Numbered from the stretch's first letter, positions 20,657 through 29,400 are shown. The stretch is 37,605 nucleotides of DNA from Candidatus Latescibacterota bacterium (GCA_012961925.1 DTYK01000300.1:1-37605), one strand, 5' to 3'. The notes: a model not told the origin generated them from the letters alone. Numbers and translations are program-made.

Positions 20657-20848
20657 TTACTTGTTGTTCCCGCCCCCGTTGGGTTTCTCCTCCACCTCCC
20701 TGAAATCGGCGTCCTCGATCTCTGACTCATAGATATCCGGTCTCTTTGGGACTCTGGGGTTTCTGCTCTGAGCTCGCAGGCTCGGCCTAATCAATTTGTA
20801 AAGCAGCCATATGATAAGGATAAATAACAACAGCTTAAAAAGTGTCAC
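20657..20848 (-). CDS. Small single-pass membrane protein with acidic C-terminus (DUF4834-like, tentative)
   Basis: 63 aa. It has a GTG start preceded by AAGGAGGAGA, one hydrophobic helix (LFKLLLFILIIWLLYKLI), then a basic and an acidic tail (EIEDADFREVEE). The family call is from memory only. Confidence 0.5.
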   Translation of the reverse strand: MTLFKLLLFILIIWLLYKLIRPSLRAQSRNPRVPKRPDIYESEIEDADFREVEEKPNGGGNNK

Positions 20849-20901
20849 GGTGGATCTCCTCCTTAATACGAATATCTCTTATCATGACCCGCCATCAGGC
20901 C

Positions 20902-22599
20902 TCACATCTCATCTGGTGCCTTTATCCCCAGTAAATTAAGTCCTTTATTGAGCACGGTTCTGACACAATAGACAAGGAGGATCCTCGCATTGGTAATTCG
21001 TGGATCCCTTGTCAGGACGCGGCAACTGTTATAAAACCTGTTAGCAGCACCGCACAGATCCAACAGGTAATTGGTCATCAGAGAGGGCTCATACTCATCG
21101 GCCGAGCGCTTAACGATATCCGGAAATCGCCCCAGATTTCTTGTCACGTCAAACGCAGGATCTTCTGAGAGAACGGATGGGTCAAAGTCGCCGTCGACTT
21201 CTTTACCGTATTTCCTCAGTACACTTGAGAACCGGGCATGGGTATACTGCACATAGGGCCCTGTCTCGCCGTTGAAGTTCAACACCTTATCCCACTCGAA
21301 GTCAACGTTTTTCATCCTCTTGCTGCTCAGATCGGCGAAGATGATGGCACCTATGCCGACATCTTTGGCGATCCCCTCTTTACCTTTTAATGCTGGATTT
21401 TTCTCCTCCATTATCTCCACTGTCAGCTCGACTGCCTTGCGGAAGACGTCCTCAAGCAGTACGATGTTGCCCTTCCTTGTGGACATCCTTTCCTGCCCGA
21501 ATCTGATGAGGCCGAATGGCACATGGACACAGTTCTCCACCCAGTTGCAGCCCATAAGGTCCAGCACTTTGAAGACCTGCTGGAAGTGGAGCTTCTGGTC
21601 TGCTCCCACCACATATATCATCCTGTCGAAATGGTAGGTCCTGAACCTGTAGAGTGCTGCTGCAATATCCCTCGTGGCGTAGAGCGTGGATCCATCCTTT
21701 TTTCGCAGCAGACACGGCGGCATACCGTATTTCTCGAGATCTACGATAAGTGCACCCTGGCTCTCCCTGACAAGCCCTGCTGCCCTGAGCCTCTCTATTG
21801 TCTCATCTATCATTGCATTATAGAAACTCTCACCGGTATAGGAGTCGAACCCTATTTCAAGTTGGTCGTATATCCTCTGAAATTCCATAAGGCTTATATC
21901 TTTGAACCGGCTCCACAGATGGGTTGCCTCCCGGTCACCCTCTTCAAGCCTTTTAAACCACTCCCTGGCCTCGTCTTCCAGCGATCCATCCCTCTGAGCC
22001 TCGGCGTGGAATCTCACGTAGAGGTCATATAGATACCCGACGGGATCCTCCTCGAGACATTTCTCCTCTCCCCATCTCTTATAGGCCGTTATTAACTTTC
22101 CAAACTGGGTACCCCAATCACCCAGGTGGTTTATTCTGATACACTTATAGCCCAGGGATTCGTACAGCTTACAGATGGAGTTTCCGATGACCGTGGACCT
22201 GAGGTGTCCGATCCCGAAGGGCTTTGCGATATTTGGAGAGGAGAAGTCTACGACGACCGTCTTTCCGGATCCAACCTCCCAATCGCCGAAGGAGTCCCTT
22301 CCCGTAAAGATCTCCCTCAGGACGGCCTCTGTGAACTTCGACCTGTCCACGGTGAAGTTTATGTAAGGACCAGCGTTCTTGATCTGTGATATGTATTCTC
22401 TTGGTTTGAGTCTTCTTGAGAGGCCTTCAGCGATAATATCCGGCGGCTTCCTCAGTTTCTTAGCCAGCACAAAGCATGAGAAGGCATAGTCTCCGAGCTG
22501 GGGGTCGGGTGGGGTTTCGATCAGTCCTTTAATCTCTTCTTCGGTCAGGTCTGACCCCTCTCGGAGTATATCGACGACCTCTTTCAGAAACTGCTTCAT
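20902..22599 (-). CDS. argS: Arginyl-tRNA synthetase
   Basis: 565 aa. It has an N-terminal Arg_tRNA_synt_N domain, a HIGH-type motif (PFGIGHLRSTVIGN), an MSTRKG (KMSK-like) motif and a DALR anticodon-binding C-terminus. Confidence 0.95.
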   Translation of the reverse strand: MKQFLKEVVDILREGSDLTEEEIKGLIETPPDPQLGDYAFSCFVLAKKLRKPPDIIAEGLSRRLKPREYISQIKNAGPYINFTVDRSKFTEAVLREIFTGRDSFGDWEVGSGKTVVVDFSSPNIAKPFGIGHLRSTVIGNSICKLYESLGYKCIRINHLGDWGTQFGKLITAYKRWGEEKCLEEDPVGYLYDLYVRFHAEAQRDGSLEDEAREWFKRLEEGDREATHLWSRFKDISLMEFQRIYDQLEIGFDSYTGESFYNAMIDETIERLRAAGLVRESQGALIVDLEKYGMPPCLLRKKDGSTLYATRDIAAALYRFRTYHFDRMIYVVGADQKLHFQQVFKVLDLMGCNWVENCVHVPFGLIRFGQERMSTRKGNIVLLEDVFRKAVELTVEIMEEKNPALKGKEGIAKDVGIGAIIFADLSSKRMKNVDFEWDKVLNFNGETGPYVQYTHARFSSVLRKYGKEVDGDFDPSVLSEDPAFDVTRNLGRFPDIVKRSADEYEPSLMTNYLLDLCGAANRFYNSCRVLTRDPRITNARILLVYCVRTVLNKGLNLLGIKAPDEM

Positions 22600-22701
22600 G
22601 TTATCTGCCTCATGGATTAAGTTTGTACCTCGAGAAAGAGGGAAGGATGTGCTCGCTTTTCTAACAAAGCCTTGTCGGAATTGTTCCCGTTCGTTTTAGA
22701 T

Positions 22702-22730
22702 AAAATATCCTAAAAGTGCATAAAAGTCAA
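22702..22730 (-). promoter_or_regulatory. Candidate sigma70-type promoter for argS (TTGACT-N17-TATTTT)
   Basis: The minus strand reads TTGACT tttatgcacttttagga TATTTT, about 100 nt upstream of the argS ATG in the only AT-rich part of the spacer. Confidence 0.4.
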
Positions 22731-22818
22731 GGCATTTTTTGAATCGAAGGCATCATGCAGGGCTGGGTTTTTGTCCGGTAGGACTGGGGTTTATCTCATG
22801 CCCCAGACAGTCGACAGA

Positions 22819-22851
22819 TCAAAAAGTCGTCCGTATCTTCATACGGACGGC
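22819..22851 (-). terminator. Intrinsic-terminator-like hairpin for a leftward transcript
   Basis: The minus strand reads GCCGUCCGUAU-GAAG-AUACGGACGAC followed by UUUUUGAU. The stem has 9 contiguous bp, then one mismatch and a closing G-C. Stem arms are at plus 22826-22836 and 22841-22851, and the A5 run is at 22821-22825. Confidence 0.5.
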
Positions 22852-22984
22852 CGTGTTGGCCGTATTACAATATGAACTTACCGCACCTTCGGTGCGGAGT
22901 TGAAGGGCCGGAGCTATCCGACCCGCATCATCGGGCGGCGAAATCTCGCCTTTACAACTACCCGTACCTTGGTGGCTGACTCAG

Positions 22985-23005
22985 ATTGTGCCATTCAATT
23001 GTGCC
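22985..23005. repeat. Direct repeat ATTGTGCC-N5-ATTGTGCC
   Basis: Exact 8-mers at 22985-22992 and 22998-23005, with a 13-nt period, about 65-85 nt upstream of the rightward -35 box. Confidence 0.6.
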
Positions 23006-23067
23006 TACTTACCGTCCTGCGTCCCTCAAGGATCCCATCGTCCTAATTGTCTTCACCCTTTTTCTCC

Positions 23068-23096
23068 TTGACAAATCAGCAGGCTTTGATTAATCT
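23068..23096 (+). promoter_or_regulatory. Candidate sigma70-type promoter for the metalloprotease/GGR genes (TTGACA-N17-TAATCT)
   Basis: A perfect TTGACA sits at 23068-23073, followed by a 17-nt spacer and TAATCT at 23091-23096, about 85 nt upstream of the ATG at 23180. Confidence 0.45.
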
Positions 23097-23179
23097 ATAA
23101 CAGCGAATCTGAGTTGCTCTTTGTCCGGGTGAGTTTTAAGCCGAAAAACCGGTCTGCTGCAGAACCAGGTGATAATGCC

Positions 23180-24922
23180 ATGCGTCGATTTATCGTTTAC
23201 GTCCCTTTTGTCCTGATAATTGTGACAACTGCCGCAACGGCTGAGGTGAGCACCACGGCAAAGATAGAAGCCGACCTCCAGGCAGGCCGCATAAGCTACG
23301 AGAGTTCGCTTCTGTACAAGGCATATTCGCTCTTCGAACCTTCGAGGTTGCCTCCCACATACAGGAGCCCGGATGTGGCGAGGAAGTCCGGAACCCCAAT
23401 CATAATGGAACTGAAGTCGAACTGGGAGCTGCTCAGCGTCTCTGCTCGTGAATATCTTGAACCATACCTGTCAAGGCCCGTTCCTGGAGAGCAGGTTATA
23501 ACCCCCAGTGGCAAATTTGTGGTCCATTATTATACCTCTGGCGGAGATGCCGTAGATCCATCCGACCAGGACCGGAACGGTATCCCCGACTATATCGACA
23601 CGGTGGCAGCCATCTTCGACAGTTGTTATACCCTCATAGTAAAAGACCTTGGATATAAGGAACCCCCTTCAGACGGTACCAGAGGCGGCGGCCCGGAGTT
23701 TGACGTCTATGTCCGTGACCTTTCAGGAAGGCGGGTTTATGGGTACACAACCCCGGAGAGGCCGGTTCCGCCCGGCTTCGCTTATACGAGCTTCATAGAG
23801 GTAGACAACGATTATCAGGACCCCATTTACAGATCAAGCAGGGGGTTGGATGCGCTGAGGGTCACCGCTGCCCATGAGTTCTTTCATGCGGTCCAGTTCT
23901 CATACTACGCAGGAGATGATGCCCGCTGGTGGATGGAGATCTCATCCACGTGGATGGAAGATGTGGCCTATGACGAGGTTAACGACTACTATGCGTATTT
24001 GGGCTATTTTTTCAACTACCCCGGCACTTCCCTGGATGTGTTAAATGACCAGCATGAATACGGGGCCTCCATCTTTGCCCATTACCTTGCCAAAAGGTTC
24101 GGGGCCGATACGATACGCCGTATATGGGAGAAGATAGGCCAGGAGGGGAACGCAGAGATGGGGATCTTCGATGAGATCATCCCCGGAGGGCTTGCAGAGG
24201 CTATGAGTGAATTTGCCATCTGGAACTATTACACAGGGTCGAGAGCGGATCCCGTGCGCTACTATCCAGAAGGAGAGTTCTATCCCGAAATCTCCGTCAC
24301 CGCCATCCATAACTCATACCCTGCCTCCGGATCAGGGAAAGTAGACCACCTCGCCTCCAATTACATCAGGTTAATACCGCAAAGGACAGCAGGAGGGCTT
24401 AAGGTCAATCCCCAGGGAGAGAGGGGCCAATGGACCTATCAACTGGTCACCTTTCCCCGGAGAGAGGAAGTTCCGGATCCCACTGAAATAATGGACTGGG
24501 ACAGATATCAGGATATAGTCCTGGTCCTGACGGTCACCTCTTTTAGGGGAAAGGGCTTCAGATACTCCTATTGGGCCGAATTTGATTCGGATCTGACTGA
24601 GAAACCCCTTCCTCTGGTTGCGGTTCTGAAGCAGAACAGGCCGAATCCCTTTCTGCCCGGTCAGACCGGAGGGACAACGATACCCTTTGACCTGACGAAA
24701 CCGGGGGATGTGGTCATAGCGATCTACTCCCTGAATGGTCAACTGGTGAAAAGGAAAGAACTGAACAGGCTGGACGGGGGTTCAAATAGTTATTACTGGG
24801 ACGGGAGAAACCAGAAGGGGAGACCGGTTGCCTCAGGAGTATATTTTTATAGGATCCAGATCCATTCCGATTCGCAGACGGACGATTTTACAGCCGTGAG
24901 AAAGATGAGTCTTGTCAGATGA
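23180..24922 (+). CDS. Secreted HExxH zinc-metallopeptidase-like protein with C-terminal T9SS/FlgD-like sorting domain
   Basis: The track ORF starts at a TTG (23114). The ATG at 23180 has an AGGTGA Shine-Dalgarno 8 nt upstream and yields the signal peptide MRRFIVYVPFVLIIVTTAATA. The HExxH motif lies in TAAHEFFHAVQFSY. From memory, it resembles the MXAN_6640-type putative metalloprotease family. The C-terminus is NRPNPF...IAIYSLNGQLV...YYWDGRN..G..VASGVYFYRI....KM.L. Confidence 0.8.
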   Translation: MRRFIVYVPFVLIIVTTAATAEVSTTAKIEADLQAGRISYESSLLYKAYSLFEPSRLPPTYRSPDVARKSGTPIIMELKSNWELLSVSAREYLEPYLSRPVPGEQVITPSGKFVVHYYTSGGDAVDPSDQDRNGIPDYIDTVAAIFDSCYTLIVKDLGYKEPPSDGTRGGGPEFDVYVRDLSGRRVYGYTTPERPVPPGFAYTSFIEVDNDYQDPIYRSSRGLDALRVTAAHEFFHAVQFSYYAGDDARWWMEISSTWMEDVAYDEVNDYYAYLGYFFNYPGTSLDVLNDQHEYGASIFAHYLAKRFGADTIRRIWEKIGQEGNAEMGIFDEIIPGGLAEAMSEFAIWNYYTGSRADPVRYYPEGEFYPEISVTAIHNSYPASGSGKVDHLASNYIRLIPQRTAGGLKVNPQGERGQWTYQLVTFPRREEVPDPTEIMDWDRYQDIVLVLTVTSFRGKGFRYSYWAEFDSDLTEKPLPLVAVLKQNRPNPFLPGQTGGTTIPFDLTKPGDVVIAIYSLNGQLVKRKELNRLDGGSNSYYWDGRNQKGRPVASGVYFYRIQIHSDSQTDDFTAVRKMSLVR

Positions 24923-24944
24923 GACCGCCGCGGTGCGGAGGGGT

Positions 24945-26375
24945 ATGATGATCGGACATATAAGGAACAGATGCGATTTTTGCGGGGTCTGTGTCGGCGT
25001 CTGTCCGACAGATGCCATCGTGCTCTTCGAGTCGGATCTGAGGATCGAGGGAGACTCATGCACGAAATGTGCAAGATGTATCCATGTCTGTCCCTATAAA
25101 GCGCTGACAGAGCTTTCGGAACCAACCCCATCGGAGATATGCAACCCCGGGGTCCTCTCAGTCCCTGACCCCCTCGATCCCCTCTCAGGCACGATCAGGG
25201 ATTACTACGACATCGTTGTTATCGGAGGTGGACCTGCGGGCTCCTATGCGGCGAAGATAGCAGCCGAAAAGGGAGCCGATGTGCTCCTTGTGGAGAAGGA
25301 TACCCAGATCGGTCTGCCCCTCAGGTGTGCTGAGGGTGTGGGGGCCGATGAGCTCAGGCAGATCTTTGATCCCGATCCTCGCTGGATCGCAAATCAGATA
25401 AAGAGGCTGAAGTTTTTTCCCCCGGATGGCAGGGAGGTGGAGATCATGCCAGATGAGCCCGGGTATATACTGGACAGAAGGGTCTTCGATGAGGAGATAG
25501 CCATCCAGGCAGCACGTGCCGGGGCCAGCATCCTGCTACGCACCACGGCGACAGGCCTATCGCATCAGAAGGGTGGGTTGGAGGTGACCATCTCCCGCTT
25601 AGGCAGGCAGTATAAGATTAGAACAATGCTTGTTATAGGTGCAGACGGTGTTGAGTCGCGTGTAGGGAGGTGGGCAGGGATCAAGACCGCCTGTTCCCCG
25701 CATGATATAGAGGTCTGTGCCCAATATACACTTGGAAATGTGGAAGTTGAGCCTGCCTATTGCCAGTTCCATTTCGGGCGTGATGTAGCACCGGGCGGGT
25801 ACGCCTGGGTATTTCCAAAAGGGAGGTCTGTTGCCAACGTGGGGGTTGGAGTGTCGGGAGATTTCTCCTCCCATCATTCTCCCCTTTTCTATCTGAACAG
25901 GTTTGTTGAAAGGTATTTCCCGTCCTCCTCCCTGCTCAGGGTCACGGCCGGCGCTGTCCCGTGCTCCGGTGGCCTGGAGAGAATAGTCGCTGACGGCGTG
26001 ATGTTGGTTGGCGACGCTGCGCACCAGGCCGACCCGATCACAGGCGGTGGTATTATCAGTGCCCTCAAGGCAGCGAAGATTGCAGGGGAGGTAGCTGCCC
26101 AGGCAATATCTTCAGGAGACACCTCGGCTCGATTCCTCCGGGAGTATCAAGATCAATGGGATAGGCTGCTGGGCAAGCTTAACCGACGGGCGTACCGGGT
26201 GAAGGAGGCAGTGTTCAGGCTGGGGGATGAACGGCTGAACTGGACTGCAAAGAGGTTAGAGGGCCTCAGGCCTGAGAAGAGGACCCTGTCCAAGGTCTTT
26301 CAGATTGCTCTCTTCGACCAGCCAAGGGTTCTGGTGGATGCAGCGGCGATGATGTTACGAATAAAACGGAGGTAA
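24945..26375 (+). CDS. 2x[4Fe-4S] ferredoxin domain fused to geranylgeranyl-reductase-family flavoprotein
   Basis: The track starts at a TTG (24912). ATGs at 24945 and 24948 follow a GGAGGGG Shine-Dalgarno. Two CxxCxxCxxxCP motifs are present (CDFCGVCVGVCP, CTKCARCIHVCP). A Pro-rich linker follows. The FAD-binding stretch is YDIVVIGGGPAGS..A...A.KGADVLLVEK, and PLRCAEGV and GDAAHQADPITGGGI match GGR-type motifs. Confidence 0.85.
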   Translation: MMIGHIRNRCDFCGVCVGVCPTDAIVLFESDLRIEGDSCTKCARCIHVCPYKALTELSEPTPSEICNPGVLSVPDPLDPLSGTIRDYYDIVVIGGGPAGSYAAKIAAEKGADVLLVEKDTQIGLPLRCAEGVGADELRQIFDPDPRWIANQIKRLKFFPPDGREVEIMPDEPGYILDRRVFDEEIAIQAARAGASILLRTTATGLSHQKGGLEVTISRLGRQYKIRTMLVIGADGVESRVGRWAGIKTACSPHDIEVCAQYTLGNVEVEPAYCQFHFGRDVAPGGYAWVFPKGRSVANVGVGVSGDFSSHHSPLFYLNRFVERYFPSSSLLRVTAGAVPCSGGLERIVADGVMLVGDAAHQADPITGGGIISALKAAKIAGEVAAQAISSGDTSARFLREYQDQWDRLLGKLNRRAYRVKEAVFRLGDERLNWTAKRLEGLRPEKRTLSKVFQIALFDQPRVLVDAAAMMLRIKRR

Positions 26376-26439
26376 ATCTGTAGTTTATAATTTAAGGAGA
26401 TAAGTAGGACCTTTTTTGAGAGGTGCCGGTAATCTACCA

Positions 26440-29400
26440 ATGTTCTCCGATCTTCTATCCAAAATCGTAGGGTCAGAGGGATTTCGACTCACAGTAGAAA
26501 GCCTACTGAGGGGCGAAAGGAGGGTTCCTGTTCACGGGCTTGCCGGTTCCTTGAAGGCCTTTCTCATAGCCGTGGTGAAGCAGGAGATGGGGAATACCAT
26601 CCTGGTCGTCACCTCCGATGAGGATGAGGCCCTCAGGTTGAGGGATGACCTGGAGACGCTGATAGGGGAGCAAAAGGTCCGGTATTTCCCTTTCCCATTC
26701 GGAAGGACTTCTATGGACGATCCCACGGGCTCAAGGATAGAAGTGCTGGACAGCCTCCTATCCGGAGAAGAGCCGGTAGTGGTGGCCACCTTAAAGGCGC
26801 TGGTCTGGCCTGTTATGCCTCCGGAAATCCTCGGTCCCTCTACCGTGACGCTTAAGGTAGGTCAGGATCGAGATCTGATTCGCCTTAGCCAGAACTTGGT
26901 CGAACGAGGCTTCGAACGCCTGCCGATGGTGGAGGAAGCCGGACAGATGAGCCTGAGGGGCGGGATCCTGGACGTCTTCCCCTATGGGAGGGAAAACCCA
27001 TACAGAATAGAGTTCTGGGGAGATACCATAGAATCCATTCGTCAATTCGACGTCTTCTCCCAGAGGTCGATAAGAGAGGAGGGAGCTGTGAAGATACCGC
27101 CCGCCAGCGAGATCCTCTTCAGCAACGGGATGTTAGAAGGGTACCTCAAGAGGATCGGAGAGGTTGAGCGGGAATATGGGATCTCCCTCAGCTATCTTAA
27201 GGAAAAGGTTCGGGAAAAGACCTTCTTCCCTGGGATGGAAAGCTATTTGCCCATCTTCTACGGCAACACAACACTTCTTGACTACCTTGATGGTGAGGCG
27301 GTCGTCTTGCTTAGCGAAAGAACGGCCCTGGAGGAGAGTTTCAGGGAGCTGGAGGACCATCTGGCCTCTGTTCTAAGGAAGGGGCAGGAGAAGGGACCGG
27401 CCCCTCTGCCGGCAGAGGCGTTGGTTGACCTGGAGATGGTCCTTGATAAGGCGGGTGCCTTCCGCTGTGTGGAGGAGGTTCCCTTCAAGGAGACGGGCCT
27501 GGTGGAATTCGGGGCCAGAGAGACGAGGCGGTTCGAGGGCGACCTCCGTCAGCTCGCCCAAGAGATCTCCGATCTCTCCAGCCAGAACTACGACATCTAT
27601 ATCCTTTGCCAGAACAAGGTGGAGGCGCAGCGGCTGGAGGAGTTGCTTGAACCGTACATCGGGCCCTTGACCGTCGGGGTCAACAGTCTTCACGGAGGGT
27701 TTGTCTTACCCGACGCTAGGGTGGCCCTTTTCAATGACCATGAGATCATCAGTCACTACCGGAAGCGCTTTCGACATCGGCGATTCAAGGGTGGAGTATC
27801 GATACCGGATCTCACCGCGCTTGGAAAGGGTGACTTCGTCGTCCACCAGGATCACGGTATTGGCAGATACATGGGTATAGAGAGGCTTAATATCGATGAC
27901 AAACAGAGGGATTGCCTTGTACTTTCTTATCGGGATGGCGATAAGCTTTACGTCCCTGTAGAAGAGCTCGATAGGGTGAAAAAGTATACAGGGGCAGAAG
28001 GCGTCGCCCCCGTACTGAGTAAATTAGGAGGGACATCCTGGGAGAGGGTGAAGGCCAGGACCAAAAAGGCCATTCGCCGGATGGCCAGGGAATTGTTGGA
28101 GCTTTACGCTGAAAGGAAAGCCAGGGAAGGCTATGCTTTTTCGCCTGATTCAGAATGGCAGAGACAACTTGAGGCCTCATTTGTCCATGAGGATACACCC
28201 GACCAACTATCTGTCGTGAAGGAGATAAAGGAAGACCTCGAGAAACCCATTGTAATGGACCGTCTGGTCTGCGGCGATGTAGGCTATGGTAAGACCGAAG
28301 TTGCCATCAGGGCAGCCTTCAAGGCGGTGAACGACAACAAGCAGGTGGCCGTTCTGGTTCCGACGACAATCCTTGCTCAGCAGCATTATGACACCTTCCG
28401 TGCAAGGCTTATGAATTTTCCGGTAAGGATCGAAGTCCTGAGCCGGTTCCAGAGTAAAAAGAGGCAGCAGGAGATAATCAGGGGGCTTGCAGAAGGCAGG
28501 GTTGATATCGTCATTGGGACACACAGGCTGCTGTCACAGGATGTGAATTTCAAGGATCTTGGGCTGGTAATCGTTGACGAGGAGCAGAAGTTCGGTGTGC
28601 GCCAGAAAGAGAGGCTCAAACAGTTCAGGAGGCTTGTGGATGTGTTAACCCTGACGGCCACGCCGATCCCCAGAACCCTCCACATGTCCCTGATGGGGGC
28701 GAGGGATCTCTCGGTGATCAACACGCCGCCGAAGGAGAGGTTTCCCATCCAGACGGAGATCATCCCCTTCGATGAGGAGAGGATCGCTGAGGCCATTCTC
28801 CGGGAGGTGGACCGGAGTGGACAGGTCTATTTTGTCCATAACCGGGTGCGTTCGATCAACTCCGTGGCCCTCTTTCTGGAGAGGCTCCTGCCTCAGGTGA
28901 ACTTTGTTGTGGCCCATGGACAGATGCCGGAGCACCAACTGGAGAAGGTGATGGTGGACTTCCTGAACAGGAGATACGACTGCTTGGTCTGCACGATGAT
29001 CATTGAGTCCGGACTTGATATACCCAACGTGAACACCATCATAATAAACCGTGCAGATCGTTTCGGTCTGGCCCAGCTATATCAGCTGAGGGGAAGGGTG
29101 GGGAGATCGAACCGGCAGGCGTACGCGTACCTGCTGGTCCCGCCTGTTTCAGGTCTGACCAGAACGGCCAGGAAAAGATTGAGAGCCCTTGAGGAGTTCT
29201 CAGAGCTTGGTTCCGGATTCAAACTTGCCATGAAGGATCTGGAGATCCGGGGCGCCGGAAACATCCTCGGCCCCCAGCAGCACGGGTTCATTGCTGCCGT
29301 GGGATTTGACATGTATTGCAGATTGCTTGAAGAGGCGATGGGCGAACTAAAGGGAGAGGAGAGGGAGGAGCTACCCGAGCCCGAGGTACACATCGAGGCC

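Larger units (their letters stand above)
22819..23040 (-). ncRNA. Candidate about 220-nt structured ncRNA of unassigned family (strand and ends tentative)
   Basis: An ORF-free, GC-rich block with at least six stable hairpins lies between two divergent promoters. A minus-strand TTGTCA-N17-GACAAT element (plus 23046-23074) lies upstream and an intrinsic terminator downstream. See findings for detail. Confidence 0.3.

Noticed and set aside
22985-23012. Sigma54 promoter on the minus strand (GGCAC elements).
   Set aside because: GGCAC is present twice, but neither copy is followed by a TTGC(A/T) -12 element at the required 5-nt spacing.
22784-23040. RNase P RNA, tmRNA, SRP RNA or 6S RNA in the divergent spacer.
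   Set aside because: Short similarities exist, for example GGUGCGGUAAG and AAGGUACGGGUAG on the minus strand and CCAGACAGUCG on the plus strand, reminiscent of RNase P segments. They occur in the wrong order. The universal GAGGAAAGUCC element, the tmRNA tRNA-like ends and the SRP GGAA-loop domain IV motif are all absent, and the block is too short for RNase P or tmRNA.
22600-23113. DnaA-box cluster or oriC call in the strand-switch spacer.
   Set aside because: The best matches to TTATCCACA/TGTGGATAA are 6-7 of 9 (for example TTTAGATAA and TTATCTGCC). There is no cluster and no dnaA or dnaN nearby. Only the gene-orientation pattern is reported, as a low-confidence finding.
23114-26439. N-terminal extensions in the ORF track. 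Examples are the TTG at 23114, TTG at 24912 and TTG at 26416, plus the TTG at 4634 and GTG at 12030 on the minus strand.
   Set aside because: In most cases (4622, 12006, 23180, 24945/24948) a downstream ATG with a properly spaced Shine-Dalgarno gives a sensible N-terminus, either a signal peptide or a conserved family start; for mfd (26440) the choice rests on N-terminal alignment only, since neither candidate start has a well-spaced Shine-Dalgarno. The extended versions are maximal-ORF artefacts. They would also create the apparent 11-nt overlap between the protease and GGR genes.
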